DNA of 57,345 bases, counting the filler, from Bipalium vagum (Eukaryota): assembly GCA_037834085.1 (NCBI GenBank). It is 3 parts of 3 records of this genome, joined end to end, with 100 filler letters (N's around TTAATTAATTAA, not from the genome) between each part and the next. Parts side by side here need not be neighbours in the genome. Positions count along the whole stretch, not along the records: positions 1 to 20,100 come from JBBMKC010260256.1; positions 20,201 to 37,314 come from JBBMKC010078099.1; positions 37,415 to 57,345 come from JBBMKC010261223.1. One strand, 5' to 3'. Made by a program: the position numbers and the translations under genes. Position 1 is the first letter of the stretch, and each line of letters opens with the position of its first letter. The notes beneath the pieces were generated by a model that made no database searches, was not told the origin of the DNA, and was given only the letters and a program-made list of their open reading frames with translations. Below, in pieces: positions 14,001-41,240 of this stretch.

Positions 14001-17000
14001 TTTGGTTTATTTTCCCGAAAACATTTCAAATGTAATTTTAATATTTTTATTTAATATTTTATTTTAAATTTATTAGAAAATATTAACCATGTATGACCAA
14101 TTATTCGTTGTTGGTATGGTTATGAATATTATTATGATGATGTTATCGAATTCATTGTTGTAAATAAATGGCCATTTAATTTCAAATGTTTGTTTATTTT
14201 AAGCTGATTCATAAAACTGGTCAATGCAAGTTTACATTTTCTTAAAACATTTTTCTGTTTATATGTTTAACTAAAAATTTCAGAGTATCATTCAAGTTAA
14301 AACAAAAATCAGTATTTTCGCTATTATGGCGAGAAATTTTTTAAAAATATTTTAAGACCTAAAATATGTCAACATTGATTGTTATGTATTGATGAAAAAG
14401 CACATTTTCATTTTTTACCGTCATATAATTTGGCTATTTACTTACCCTGGTTTTTGAATCTTGTATTCATCATTGCAATGTAGACTTTGAAACATAAGAG
14501 CTTAAATGGTTTGATAAATCTCGTAAATTTTTATTTTCTTCGGCAAGGTACAATGCAAATCTCGAATACCATTAGATTTCATTAAATGATAGTATTTGGA
14601 AATTCTTATAATAATATACCTATTGATTATTTGTTAAGGTTATTGTTAATAACATTTACCAAAATAAAATTGCAAAAATAGATTTCAAAAAATACAACAA
14701 AAATTAATTAATCAAGTGTCCCATTTATTTTAAGCCACCTGATATTTTCTTTGAAAATTAGTTGAAGACCAAGAATTCAGGAATGATTCAAACAACATTT
14801 TTCAATGTTGTCTTTAGAATTCTTCATTTATCCATAAAAATTAAACGAAAAATGTACTTATTCACAATGGGGAAATATTAATTCTTTTCAAAATTAAAAT
14901 TTGGTTTAGCATTTCAAAGGTTTATAAAATTTGGTATTTTTACAATCAAATAATATTTCAAGTTAAAAATCAAAATTTCAATTTTTTATCATTTTTATGC
15001 AGACATTTTTATTTATATTTTTGTATATTTATATTTTATTTTGATTTATTCATATATCGAAATAGATTTTAATGAGATTGATTATTTCAATTTTTTAATC
15101 ATAATTATCGAAGACTTTAGTGTTCGGAATTTTGAATTTCCCAAAAATAAGACCTTAAAGTTTATGAAAATCAATATACAGTGCTGGAAAAAGTCATGTC
15201 CACACCAAAATAATACTACATAATGCATATCATTAGTTTTTTATGATTAATGATTATTTTTATAAAAAATCGATAAAGAATTCGTTTAAACTAGCCTATT
15301 TTAGATTTTCTAATAAATTACAGGGGTGCATAAATTAACTGTTGATGAACGTAAAAAAGTGATGGTTATGACTAAACTTAAAATAAGCTATTGTCAAATT
15401 GCGAAAATACTCAAAGTTACTGTCAGAACAGTCACTAGAATTATGAAGGAAGTACGTGAAGTACTGTGAAAGAAAAATTTAGATCACTTAGACCAAAACA
15501 TTATTCGATTAAAATAGAACGTGCCTTAGTCCGCATGTCTCAAAAATCGGCGTCTAACATCCTCTGAACTAAAAATGGAGTTTAAAAATTAATATGGAGT
15601 TTTTGTAACAGTAGAAACCGTGAGAAATATTCAATTTAAAGTATGGATTGCGTGGCTGTGTGACTGTCAGAAAGCCATTGTTCTCAGTGACTAATCGCAA
15701 GAAGAGGATAGCTTTCGTTCTCGATCACTTCTCATGAACGTTAGACCAATAGAAGCACATTCTTTGTCGTTATGAGAGCTCGTTCAAATTATTTTGCGGA
15801 TGTAAAGGCATCTATGTACGAAGAAGAAAAAATGAAAAGCGAAATTTGGAGGAGGCCTTCTCATGTTGTGGGGGTGCGTGTCCTTGGCTGGAGTTGGTGG
15901 CCTCTTCCACTATACCGGGATTATGAATCAACGTTTGTATATTGATTTTCTGAAGAATCAAATGTTTCCATCGACAAGAGAATTATTTGGCCGTAATAAA
16001 CCATTTATCTTTCAGCACTACAATGCTCAAAGTCATGAGGCTAAACTGGTCAATGACTTTCTTGCTCGCACACATGTGGACGTTTTGGATTTGCCAGCCC
16101 AAAGCGGCGACTTAAATCCCATTAAGAACCTTTGGAATATTCTCTTTAGAAAGGTACAAGGAAAGAAACCAAAAAGTCTAGAGCAACTATTTAATGAGTT
16201 AAATAATACTTGGCAGATCATCACTTCAGAGGAAACCCGCAACTTAGTGTAGTCCATGCCACGGCGTGTACGAACAGTTATTGCATCCAAAAATCTGCAA
16301 ACAAAAGTATTGACGGTGCATGCGAAATTCCAGTTTTTATGTGTACTAATATTAAATTTGTTTGAATATTTTTGTATAAAAATAAATAAATATCAAGTTT
16401 TCTATTATTTTGTATATTTTTTGGGTGTGGATATGATTTTTTTCAGCACTGTAAGCCTAAAATATCTTTTATTGATTTGTAATCAGTATGTTGAGAAATC
16501 TTGCTTATATTAATTGTTTTTGATAATAATCTTTCATTAGTAATGCATATCTGCAGGTTGAATTCAAAATATTTTTAACAATGTGACAATTGATTAATTT
16601 GATGTAATCAATATTAGTATAGTTAATTAATTTAGAAAACAGTTTATTTATTTAATAATAGTTTTCCGGTAAAGAAAAAACAATTGAACTCACATTTTAG
16701 TTACAAGTTTAATCTTTAATAATATTATAATTTTTCATTAAGGAATAATTTATATTTGTTTCATACTATTATCGCGATTAAAGAATAAATATTTTTGAGT
16801 TATTTTTTATTATTATTATTACTTACTGAAGATTTTATCTTTCAAAATACATAATAATATTAATCATTAACTATAAGCACAGCAAAACTTGGAAATTTTT
16901 ATATTTTTTTGGACAATATAAGAATAATGTAATTTAATGGATGATATTGATTATTTATTTAGACTCATTGATTATTATTTTATTGATATTTAGAATCTAG

Positions 17001-19122
17001 TAACGATTATACGGAAAATGAAAGTGAAAATAAATTCGATATAATTCAGTGGGAAGAATTAATGTTAAAAGTTAAATCAAATTAATATTCGCATTATTAT
17101 CTCTTGATAAACATTTCAGTTAATTGCAAAGTCTATTGAACATATCAATGATGAAGAATGGACTTCAGATTTTGGTGAAGCAATGGGTAAACAAATTTCT
17201 CATTACGATAAATTACCAGAAGAAAGGGTATATGAATTTATATATTTTTTGCATTTCTTTTCATCATATTTTTAATCATCACATTTAAATTGAATCAAAA
17301 TCCAAAAGGAATTATTAAATAATTCAAATCAACTAACTAATTACTTAAGAATTCTGATACTAAAAAGGTCAATATTTATTTTTTTGTTTAAATCAGTGTT
17401 CTTAAAAATAAGGGAAGAGTGCGAGAAATTTCAAATTTATATTAAAGTATGCCAGAATATGCAAAAGAGTTGTTATTATTAAATATATTTAAATTTTTTT
17501 GTTAAAAAATATTTTTATCAAAATTGATTTTATTATTTTTATTTTATTCCCTCCTGGGTCACGAAAAATTGTACTTGTAAAGTGAGTGCAACGAAAAATT
17601 GTGAAGGTCACTTGCTTAAATTATATTTTGAAATACTGTATGTTATGACAGAATTTCTTTAGAAATAATTTTTAGAATAGTTACTAAGCCTGTTTATCAA
17701 TATGAAAATAAAAAATTGATTTTAATTATTGAATTGTTAATAAATAATAATAAATCAAAGTCGAAAAAAATTTGAACAACCAGATGAGTTCATTTAAAAC
17801 GCTTAAGATTTCATTTTTGATTTATAATATTGATCAAAGAATTATATTTCACATTTCTCTGTTTTATATATTCAGATAAAAACTGTTGTTAAATGTTATA
17901 AAGTAAATTGATTCACCATTTATAATAATAGAAATGCTAATATTCTCAATATATCGGTGACCTTTTGGAAAGTGTCCTTTTTGTGGAGGATATCGGAAAA
18001 TTTAGATCTATTGTAAATCAAGTTTCAGTTGAATTATGAGAATCAATAAAAACTATTTCTGACAGTGTGTATCGTCTACTGAGATTGATTAACCGAAAAT
18101 AATCTACATTATTTCATGGATCCGATTTCAATTTTCACATTTACTTTTTTGATAGTTTGCCATAAATTCATAGTTTTTGGTCTTAAACTACACTCTAAAA
18201 ATTTTCTAATATAAACGTCAAATACATTTGTTCATTTATTGGGAATTTAGAACTCAATGGATAAATAACAATCATCCATTCGATATTGATTTATTTTTTG
18301 TTGACAATGAAAATTAAATTGTATCTACAATTTCAAGTGTTGAAATTTCATTTTATTTACTGAAATTTTGTTTTCTTTGATAAAAAGTTTAATATATTTT
18401 AATTTCAATGGATTTTATTAATGTTACACTTATATTATTAATTATATCAACTTTCAATGATTTCCACTGAATCATTTTTCTATTTCAAAAAATTTGAAGT
18501 GTTGAATTATTATTAATGTCAATAAAATTATTGAATATTTTGATGAAAATTATGATCAGTAAATTTATAAACTCATTTGCACCATTGTTAATAATTATTA
18601 TTTCTCGCAGGACAAAATCAAATTTTCTTTTTATCTGTAAATAAAAATTTTTAATTATTTTAAATTAAAATTTCTAAATTGAATTTCTAGATCAAATATT
18701 TTTAATAAAAGAATTCATTTAAAAAATGCTTATGTTGAGAAAATAAATTATCCAGTGTAATATTTTTTAGAGAATCGTTTCATAAAAATCTAGGATTGTG
18801 ATTAGTTTTTGTTCAATTATATTTAAATTTCTTTTATTACTTTTTATGATTGATTTGTTGATAACGTCTTCTATTCTTTTATTAATTAAACATTTTATTT
18901 TTTGGTGCTTTTATAATAAATTTTATGAAAATTGAAAATATTTTATGACTTAAAATATTTTTGAATGTTTATTATTCATTGATATTGTTATTTTTACACA
19001 AGGCATTCCTTTTCAAATGTTTGGGAACAATTATGGCCAACTCGAACAAGAAAGCTTTTATTGACAAACATCTTGACCTTATTTTCCACTCCACACGTCA
19101 TTCTGACAGTACTGAACGCGTT
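2069..19122 (+). CDS. MROH1: Maestro HEAT-like repeat protein 1 orthologue, 5' portion, truncated by the contig end
   Basis: Phase-compatible GT-AG exons: 2069-2217, 2259-2399, 2443-2605, 8074-8324, 11661-12425, 12523-12744, 12789-12882, 13590-13630, 13684-13825, 16994-17070, 17120-17227, 19003-19122. A possible first exon is 1429-1468. The peptide is colinear with MROH1 as I recall it: FQPGVLPHY, LEYIANPDRAPD, WLNTKEPKLRKAVLDAIG, NQNEVKRCFT, VLWPYLMEL, QWEELMLK, AFLFKCLG. Confidence 0.9.
3400..4020 (-). mobile_element. Decayed IS630/Tc1-type transposase relic in an MROH1 intron
   Basis: Minus-strand translation gives LNYSFKGISLIPVRQ...IFVEVGFNATLR...VVPNLRSRNFSVCCAI and a degenerate FLFPT*SSLLIPCENKFTKWK (cf. 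FLPPYSPxLNPIE). It has many stops. Confidence 0.65.
6081..7347 (+). mobile_element. Near full-length DD34D mariner element with a disrupted transposase
   Basis: TIR cores TTGAACGTAAAGTTCTT and AAGAACTTTACGTTCAA, with TA flanks. The transposase from ATG 6267 is split over frames and has WVPHDL, ITGDEKW, HHDNARPH and YSPDIAPSDY, with 34 residues between D2 and D3. It has frameshifts and a premature TGA at 7166. Confidence 0.92.
8393..8620 (-). mobile_element. Mariner 3'-end relic (Hsmar1/cecropia-like C-terminus)
   Basis: Minus strand encodes a degenerate FIASRKLDF..TEINKLVSQ*EKCV...GCYFN* next to a TIR-like end near 8393. Confidence 0.55.
9520..10145 (+). mobile_element. Two adjacent mariner fragments (a C-terminal piece, then an N-terminal piece)
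   Basis: LQKWIDSRISSKEPEFF/RGIH...NGKYFY* near 9530-9650. Degenerate N-terminal-type sequence from about 9720 ends in YNIVTG. Confidence 0.5.
10168..10835 (+). mobile_element. Internally deleted non-autonomous mariner (668 bp)
   Basis: Perfect 15-bp TIRs CCAGGGTGATTCAAA and TTTGAATCACCCTGG, preceded by TA. The N-terminus MIDGKPVVRLLLRHYWKKDIRAAAATRKICE remains, but no catalytic domain is seen. Confidence 0.8.
15179..16451 (+). mobile_element. Full-length degenerate Tc1 (DD34E-type) element
   Basis: TIRs CAGTGCTGGAAAAAGTCATGTCCACACC and GGTGTGGATATGATTTTTTTCAGCACTG, with TA on both sides. Motifs MLWGC, FIFQHYNAQSH and PAQSGDLNPIKNLW show the catalytic D and E mutated. Confidence 0.9.
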
Positions 19123-19142
19123 GTTAGTAATTTTCAGTTATT

Positions 19143-19176
<34 letters not shown>

Positions 19177-20028
19177 CTTTTTTCATTGAAATATTTTTTA
19201 ATTTTGAATTGAATTTTTTTATCGCCTACAATTACCAGCTCCCATTCTAATACAACCGTATGTCTCAAATATTTATATTGGTGTCGGTATTATTTCCAAA
19301 AAGAAAAATAATGAAATTTTCTTCAATGTGTAAAAATATTAAATATTAAATTAAACGGTTTATTGATACTAAAAATTGCCCAAAGAAAATTGAATTTCTC
19401 ATGAATAAACATATCGTTTTTAAATTGATTTTTTACTTTCATTCACAGAAATTTAATTTTTAAATAATCAATATATTATATTAGGTTGGTCAAATATAAA
19501 AATCACCCATCATTTCGTCTTAAATTTCTGCTATTATGAAATATTAAGAAATCAAGATCAAAACAACGATAGCAAACTAGGAGTGTGATAGAGGTAGATA
19601 TTAATAAAGAAAAAGGAAGACCAAAGACTTTCATCGAGAATTTTTTATTTATAAGTGATTTTAGTTTAAAATACATTTTTATTATCAAACTTCGTTGGTT
19701 TTTATTACTAGAAAAACAAAATTTACTTTGGTATTTTAATCTGAAATATATTTATTGTTTATTTATTAACCGTATAGGTTTACTGCACGAGAATTGAAAA
19801 ATAATAATTACAAGTATTGGGAAGACATATGAGGTCGCCTTTTAAAGATTCGTGTAAATAATTTATTAATCTGTCACCTTGGAGTAAGCTCAAAAAGATA
19901 ATTGACTTAAAGAATTTAATTATGTCAAAGAAATCACATTGTTTAATTATAGAATATTAAAACGGTACTGAACAGTAATAAAAGAAAAAAATTGTTTATT
20001 CTTTAATGGAAAATTTATAATACTAGTA

Positions 20029-20030
<2 letters not shown>

Positions 20031-20100
<70 letters not shown>
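20031..20100. repeat. (AAT)n microsatellite at the contig end
   Basis: Perfect ATAATAATA... run of about 70 bp up to the gap. Confidence 0.95.
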
Positions 20101-20200
20101 NNNNNNNNNNNNNNNNNNNNNNNNNNNNNNNNNNNNNNNNNNNNTTAATTAATTAANNNNNNNNNNNNNNNNNNNNNNNNNNNNNNNNNNNNNNNNNNNN
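20101..20200. other. Artificial contig-join linker (44N + TTAATTAATTAA + 44N)
   Basis: A palindromic 12-mer giving stops in all six frames, centred in exactly 100 bp. Confidence 0.97.
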
Positions 20201-20439
20201 ACTTAATCACCCTCGCCCGTTTTGTGAAATCAATGTTTTTTGAATAAATATGTTCATGTCAATTTATTCTTCAAAATGTAATATTTTCAATTTTCAAAAA
20301 AATTAAATAATATTATATTAAAACAAAATGAGTTTTCTAGACCTATTAATAGTGAGAATTAATTATGCCAAATTTTATTGAAATATAAATATTTTTTCGG
20401 CTTCATTCTAAGGACTTATCAGCCAAACCATGTATGTCA

Positions 20440-21135
20440 GAAATAGTTGGAAAATCCTTGTGACGAGCATTTCTTAAGAAAAATAGTCGCTTGTGATGAA
20501 AATTAGATATATTTCTACAATGCTGACGGTCAAAAACAATGGTTGTATCTAAGCCAAACAACAAAGCATGTTCCAAAACGGAACAGGTTCTCAGAACCGG
20601 CTTTATTGTGCGTTTGGTGGAACTACGAAGGTAAAGACCATTTTGAGGTGCTTCCAAACAGAAAATTTTTCAACGCGGATGTCTATTGCGCTCAGCTTGC
20701 ACGAATATATTAGGTATTATGCAAGAAATACCCTTCAATGGTCAACTGAAAACGAACATATTTGCGGCAAATCAATACTGAACCACATATGCCCAGAAAG
20801 ACTAAGGGAAAAATCAAAGAACTACATGGAATTGAATTTTTACCGCACCAAGCTTAGAGTCCTGACCTCACATCATCTGACTTTTACCTGTTCCGGTCAA
20901 TGGCACATTTTTGCGAGGATGTTCTTTGAATGATCTAGAGGATATAAAAACTGGGTGTCTGGAGTTCTTCGACTCTAAGGACAATGGTTGGTACAAAAGT
21001 GGTATCTAACAACAATAGATGGATTAGGACAGTAGAATAAAAGTGGATTTATTTTGAAACTTGATTTGTTTATTTTTAAATATATGTTTAAAATTTGGTC
21101 TAAAAAACGCACTAATTTTTGGTTCACCGTACTAT
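20440..21135 (+). mobile_element. Decayed mariner transposase (catalytic half)
   Basis: Reads KQWLYLSQTTKHVPKRNRF...LLCVWWNYEG...HFEVL...NADVYCAQL and LPHQA*SPDLTSSDFYLFRSMAHF, with frameshifts. Confidence 0.75.
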
Positions 21136-21360
21136 AAATAATATTGTAAAAATTATCCATAACATCATGGTATTGGTTAATTAAATTATTTTGAAAAATA
21201 AAGATTTTTCTGTAATTTTGGATTAATAATTATTGGATTTTTAGTTTATTTTCATTTATTATTGTATTTAGATATATGATATGAATAATTTTTTATTTAT
21301 TATTCATTTTTTAATATTGATACTTAATTTAAAATAATTAACTAAGTATAATGATTCCAG

Positions 21361-36208
<14,848 letters not shown>

Positions 36209-37314
36209 GTATTGATTATTAACTAATTTTGAAATATATTTGACTATTTTGAGATTATTTAGAAATCTAATAATATTATTATTAAACTATTTTATCAAAG
36301 TTAACGAGATTAAGTAAGCTTACATCTTATTCTTAAACGGCTACAATCAGTCGGAATAATAATAATTATTATTATTATTAATACAAATAAAAATCGCACA
36401 AAAACTAGCCAGTTGTCTCTAACAACAGTTAAACGTGACCTCCTCTGATTTCACACTCGAGTTAAACATAAAAGAAAATGAATAATTATTTTATAATCAA
36501 TTAGATTATATTTAATTACAATTAATTAGATTATAATCAATGAAATAAAAGTTATCCTACCTACAAAGAAAATTATCAAGTTATTAAATTGCAAAAGGAT
36601 CAGTAAAATGTACCAAAATGAAATTAAATGAAAATATGACCATCTAATTATTCAAAAACAGTAAATCAACAGAAAGGATATGTTCAGTCAAATTGTTTCA
36701 CCAACAAGGTTACACTGATCCCTGGGCCTAGAGACCACCGAACTCAAAAGGTCAGTTGTTTATCATGGAAAAAACTGAAAATCATTCTTATTTGCAATTT
36801 AATATTTTTTGGATTTAGTTGACTCTCCTAAATACAATCTTTTTACTAAAGTTAAGAAAATTAAACATTCTTCCCAGTACCACTGTCAATAGAGTAACAG
36901 CACAGTAACAAACATGTCTGTCACAAAGGGATGCTTCTTAGCTAGTTTAATGGTATGTGTAGATTCTCTCTCCACGTGGTTTGTAGACTCTTGAAATTCT
37001 GACGATTGTCAATCAACCCACCGATCGGTTGTTAAATAACAGAAATTATGGGGAAAATACCACTTACTTTCAAAAATGACACTATCGTAGAGGATTATTT
37101 CCATAAATAATCCCAGTCCATTTTTGCAGTTGTATAATCCATTATTATTAGTATTATTAAATTTGTCAGATAAGTTACATTATCTAAATATCATTTACAA
37201 TGACATCAGTTATGTATATATTTTCATAAACTCTATTTACAGGGTGCGTGCGATATTTTCGGAAATAAAATGAAAGAAGAAAAACAAGTATAGCTTTTTT
37301 ATTTTTTATTATAT

Positions 37315-37414
37315 NNNNNNNNNNNNNNNNNNNNNNNNNNNNNNNNNNNNNNNNNNNNTTAATTAATTAANNNNNNNNNNNNNNNNNNNNNNNNNNNNNN
37401 NNNNNNNNNNNNNN
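37315..37414. other. Artificial contig-join linker (44N + TTAATTAATTAA + 44N)
   Basis: Identical in structure to the linker at 20101-20200. Confidence 0.97.
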
Positions 37415-38509
37415 ATAATATTATTATTTATTTACAAGACAAAGTGATTCAATAATAAATAAAAATATGAACCTTGGACAGATTTTTATACATTGATTAT
37501 CTAAAGAAATATTGAAAGAAATTCTGACGAAAAAAATGTTTTCTTTTCAGCGAGATAAAATCGAATTGAAAATCCTTCTTTGCCTTGGGTATATGGGCAA
37601 AGCACATCTGGAAAAAAAACATTTGGGGGTAGAATAATTATGAGTTTGAAACAAACGGGTGTTGGCATATCTGGAAATGTGACATCAGTTTTGTTTTATT
37701 TTTTATACATTAAAAACGAAGGGGCATTGCCAACAAAACCCTTCAGAATTCGCAGATTCCGTGACACTGCTATTTACCGGATAATGGCGAAGGAATATTT
37801 TAATATTAATTAATATTCATCATTTTATTACTGGTTTCACTTTTTTTTAACTATTACCAAAGTTTTATCTTTGGAATTTAATTTAAATTAATTTAAAGTT
37901 TAATTAAATTATTAAAACAAAAATTGAGTTTCAAAAAACCCAGCCACATCGATTTTCGTTATTTTAATTATTTGTTTTAATCAGATATTACAATTTTGGA
38001 ACTTGATCAGAAAATATTTTATTAATAATAATAATTGATACTTATTAAGCTGATTAAATTTCATAAAAATAATTCTAAATATCATTTCTGCAAAATTCAG
38101 TTGAGCAGCAAAGAGAATTTGAGAATATATTTATATATATTTATAATTTAACTATTTTTTATAATTTTATTTGAAAATATTAACATTTGTTTCTGCTTGG
38201 AAAATTAAGTGACATACTTAAAAATATTATAACATATTAAAATTAATCGATTATTTAGGTTTAATTAAAATAAATAAATTAAATAAAATAATTTGTTTTG
38301 AAATTTAATTAATATTGAAAAAAAATAATTTTATTTTATCTTATTATCATTTAATTTTTCATAAATGAAAAATTAAATCATATTGATTAAATAATATGAT
38401 AATATAGTCGATGGATTCAAAGTTCAATCAACAAATTAATTTTATGGATTGCTTTGATTGGTGTTTTATTTATCCTTTTTGGATCACTAAGAATATTTTT
38501 CTTCCCTTT

Positions 38510-39330
38510 TATCGGATTAAACGTGCAGTAGAAGCTGAAAAATGTACAAGGTGTATAAGAATGCATTAAAAGAACGCCGATGAAGAAACCGGTTTAAAAA
38601 ATTCCGAAAGGGTGATTCATTCAAAAATATAAAACGATCTCGTTGTTTACTAGATGTAAATAACGGCGAAATAAAAGACTTAATCAATGATATTTTTCAC
38701 AAAACAACGCTTAACGTTCTAAGGAATCTCACCATATCAAATGCAATCCTCAAAAACCATATCAAGCATATCAGTTACGCGAAAAACTCGATTTATGAGT
38801 TCTTTACCAACTTAAGGAAAATCAAATTTGTCAAAGGAATAAAAAAAACCTGAGATTTGCTTAATAAACATTATAAATAAAATAACCTACAAACAAATGG
38901 CAACGGAGAATCATAAATGGATTTGCTACAATAATGTTATTCGGAAAAATTATCATACAACTTTGTTGGGATTATCAAGGATTCATATATTTGGAACTTT
39001 CATTATATTAGTCAGTCAACAAAATTGCAAAAGTGCAGTGCACTCGGAATTCCTCACAAATGGACAAACAGTAAATAAAGAACATTGTTCAGGCATTATG
39101 AGAAGATTGTGATAGAATGTATGACGAAGACAATTCGATTTGTGGAAGGGAAATTAAAGAATTTTGCATCACGGTAATGCACGATCGCATAAATTCATCG
39201 TTGTGCAAGAACTTTTGAAAAAAAGAACCTAACAAGCGTCATCCAACAAGCACCCTATTCGTCTGATTTGACCCGTGAAATTTTTTTCTCGTGTCGAGGC
39301 AGATTTCATTACTTCGAGGAAAACGTTTCG
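38510..39330 (+). mobile_element. Composite of decayed mariner transposase fragments
   Basis: MATENHKWICYNNVIRK (a degenerate TGDEKW motif), then VHSEFLTNGQTVNKEH...ILHHGNARSH...QAPYSSDLT. Confidence 0.7.
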
Positions 39331-40629
39331 AATCAATTGACAAATGTTATTTCTTATTGACCAAATAAATTTTGATGAACAAATTATTTTATGTTCTATT
39401 ACAGAATTCCGAGTATCTTTCCCGAAGAGGGTATATAAATGAAACGATAACAGTTGGATTGTAACTGCTTTTCTCACTGACAATCAATTTTTATTTATTC
39501 CTGTGAAATAAAAATCTGCAATTCCGCATTTTCGGACACCTGGAAAAGGATATTTCTTTGAAAAAGGAAATTACCAAGGTCCCAGGAAAAATGGAAGTCT
39601 GTAGACGATATGTGGGGGATGCAAAAAGAATTAGGGGGCTCTTGAGTCAGTTCAAATGTTTCGAGAAATGCAATCTTATAATAGTGGTCAAAGATTTTTG
39701 AGATCAATAGTTATTTTATTAGGGTTATTCAACAAACCTTATTCAACTCTACCGTAACCTTCATTTTAATAACTCAGGTAACACCAAAATCATAAATTTA
39801 ACTGTTACAAAACTCTCAGTGTAATATTTGAACTTACAAGTGTTATTTTACTTTAGTATTTTAGTGAGTATTTTGTTTTATTAAATAGTTTAAGAAATCT
39901 TATACATATAAATCAATATTGTTTGGTAATGGTTGAAATAATTATTAATTTAAATATAAAAATAAATAAATAAACACAGAATAACACGAGATCTCCTAAA
40001 TAAAGAGGTGTCCATTATCAAAGAAAGTGATCCTTTCTCATTAGTTTCAGGTTTCGTTTCGAAACGAGCTTGAGTCGAGACTTCGGGGTCAATAATATTG
40101 AGGGCGAAAATTATTATCTACGCAATTAAAAAAAACGAAGACCCTAGCAAAAGGAGAAATAAAATACCTAATCAACATAAAAAATAATTAATAATTACAC
40201 TCATTGATATATTAAAAGTCGATGAGAAACAATTTTTCTCCTAATTCTGTTTCTGTTCTCAATTTTTTGTAAGAATTCAAATCAATTTACGAAGACTTCA
40301 ATTTACTTTTTTTCTTCTTCTACAAAATATTATTAAAGAAAATAATTGATTTCAGATGAATTTAATTTTTATTAATTAGAAATAATTGTAAAAGTAAATT
40401 TTGCAAAAATTTTATGTCAATTTCGGAAAAAAAATGACCTCAATTATTGCTTATTTTTTTAAATGTGTTTCAATCCATGAAAATGGTAAAATAAAAATCT
40501 ATTGAAAATAGTGTAATCAATTAAATTTTAAAAAATCAATAAACGGAATCAATTGATATATCAGTTCAAAGACCCGTGTTATATAGTTAAAAATTTTTAA
40601 ATCTTTTATAAAAAAAATTTAAAATATTA

Positions 40630-40840
40630 CAGTAGATTTGGCTTAAAGAGAACAAAATCGGGTAAAGAGAACTTTTTGGTTCAAAAATGGCATTTTCCCC
40701 AAATTTTCAGTGTAAAAGTTCTATTTACAAGATTTTTAAAAAATTATCCTTATAAAAAAAGTATCTGTTAAAGAGAAATATCGATTATAGAGAACATTTT
40801 TTCAAGTCCCAAAAATATTCTCTTTAAGCTGTATCTATTG
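40630..40840. mobile_element. 211-bp pogo/Tigger-type MITE
   Basis: Imperfect TIRs CAGTAGATTTGGCTTAAAGAGAA and TTCTCTTTAAGCTGTATCTATTG, with TA on both sides. A TAAAGAGAA-like motif repeats internally. Confidence 0.78.
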
Positions 40841-41040
40841 TATTGATAAATACAAATTAATAATCAATTGTGAACTATTTTTAATAAAAAAATGATTGTG
40901 CAATATATTATATTGATATTTATAGACAAAAAGATGACATAGGAAATATTAACGTAACCTAATTTATCTGATTCCAAAAATCTTATGATTGCTGAAGTAA
41001 CTCGAATAATAAGCTTGTAAATCTAAAAAGTTATTTAATA

Positions 41041-41240
41041 CTAGGTCGTCCAAAATGTTTCCGGGATGCAAAGCTTAAAAAATTTCAACAAACTTTATTT
41101 ACAAAATACATTTTAATTACACAAAATGATTGAAACCTTAGAACCATTCAGCAGCAGTAAACTTGCTTACTTTGCCATCCTCTTCAGTAATTCAAATTTC
41201 TGTAACAGCTTCCTGGTAGACAAACCTTCTTTTCCTGTAA
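41041..41240 (-). mobile_element. Mariner-type terminal fragment; a related inverted copy lies at 51035-51212
   Basis: Terminus TA|CTAGGTCGTCCAAAATGTTTCCGGGA. Its reverse complement shares GTTTGTCTACCAGG, AAAGTAAGCAAGT, TGTGTAATTAAAA and ATTTTGTAAATAA with 51035-51212. Confidence 0.6.

Noticed and set aside
20145-20156. TTAATTAATTAA palindrome as a biological site
   Set aside because: It is centred in N runs and identical at both gaps, so it is a synthetic spacer.
37551-37813. Possible last WDFY3 exon or other host exon just after the second gap
   Set aside because: No frame gives the expected FYVE ending (CS...RVC..C), and it lies on a different contig.
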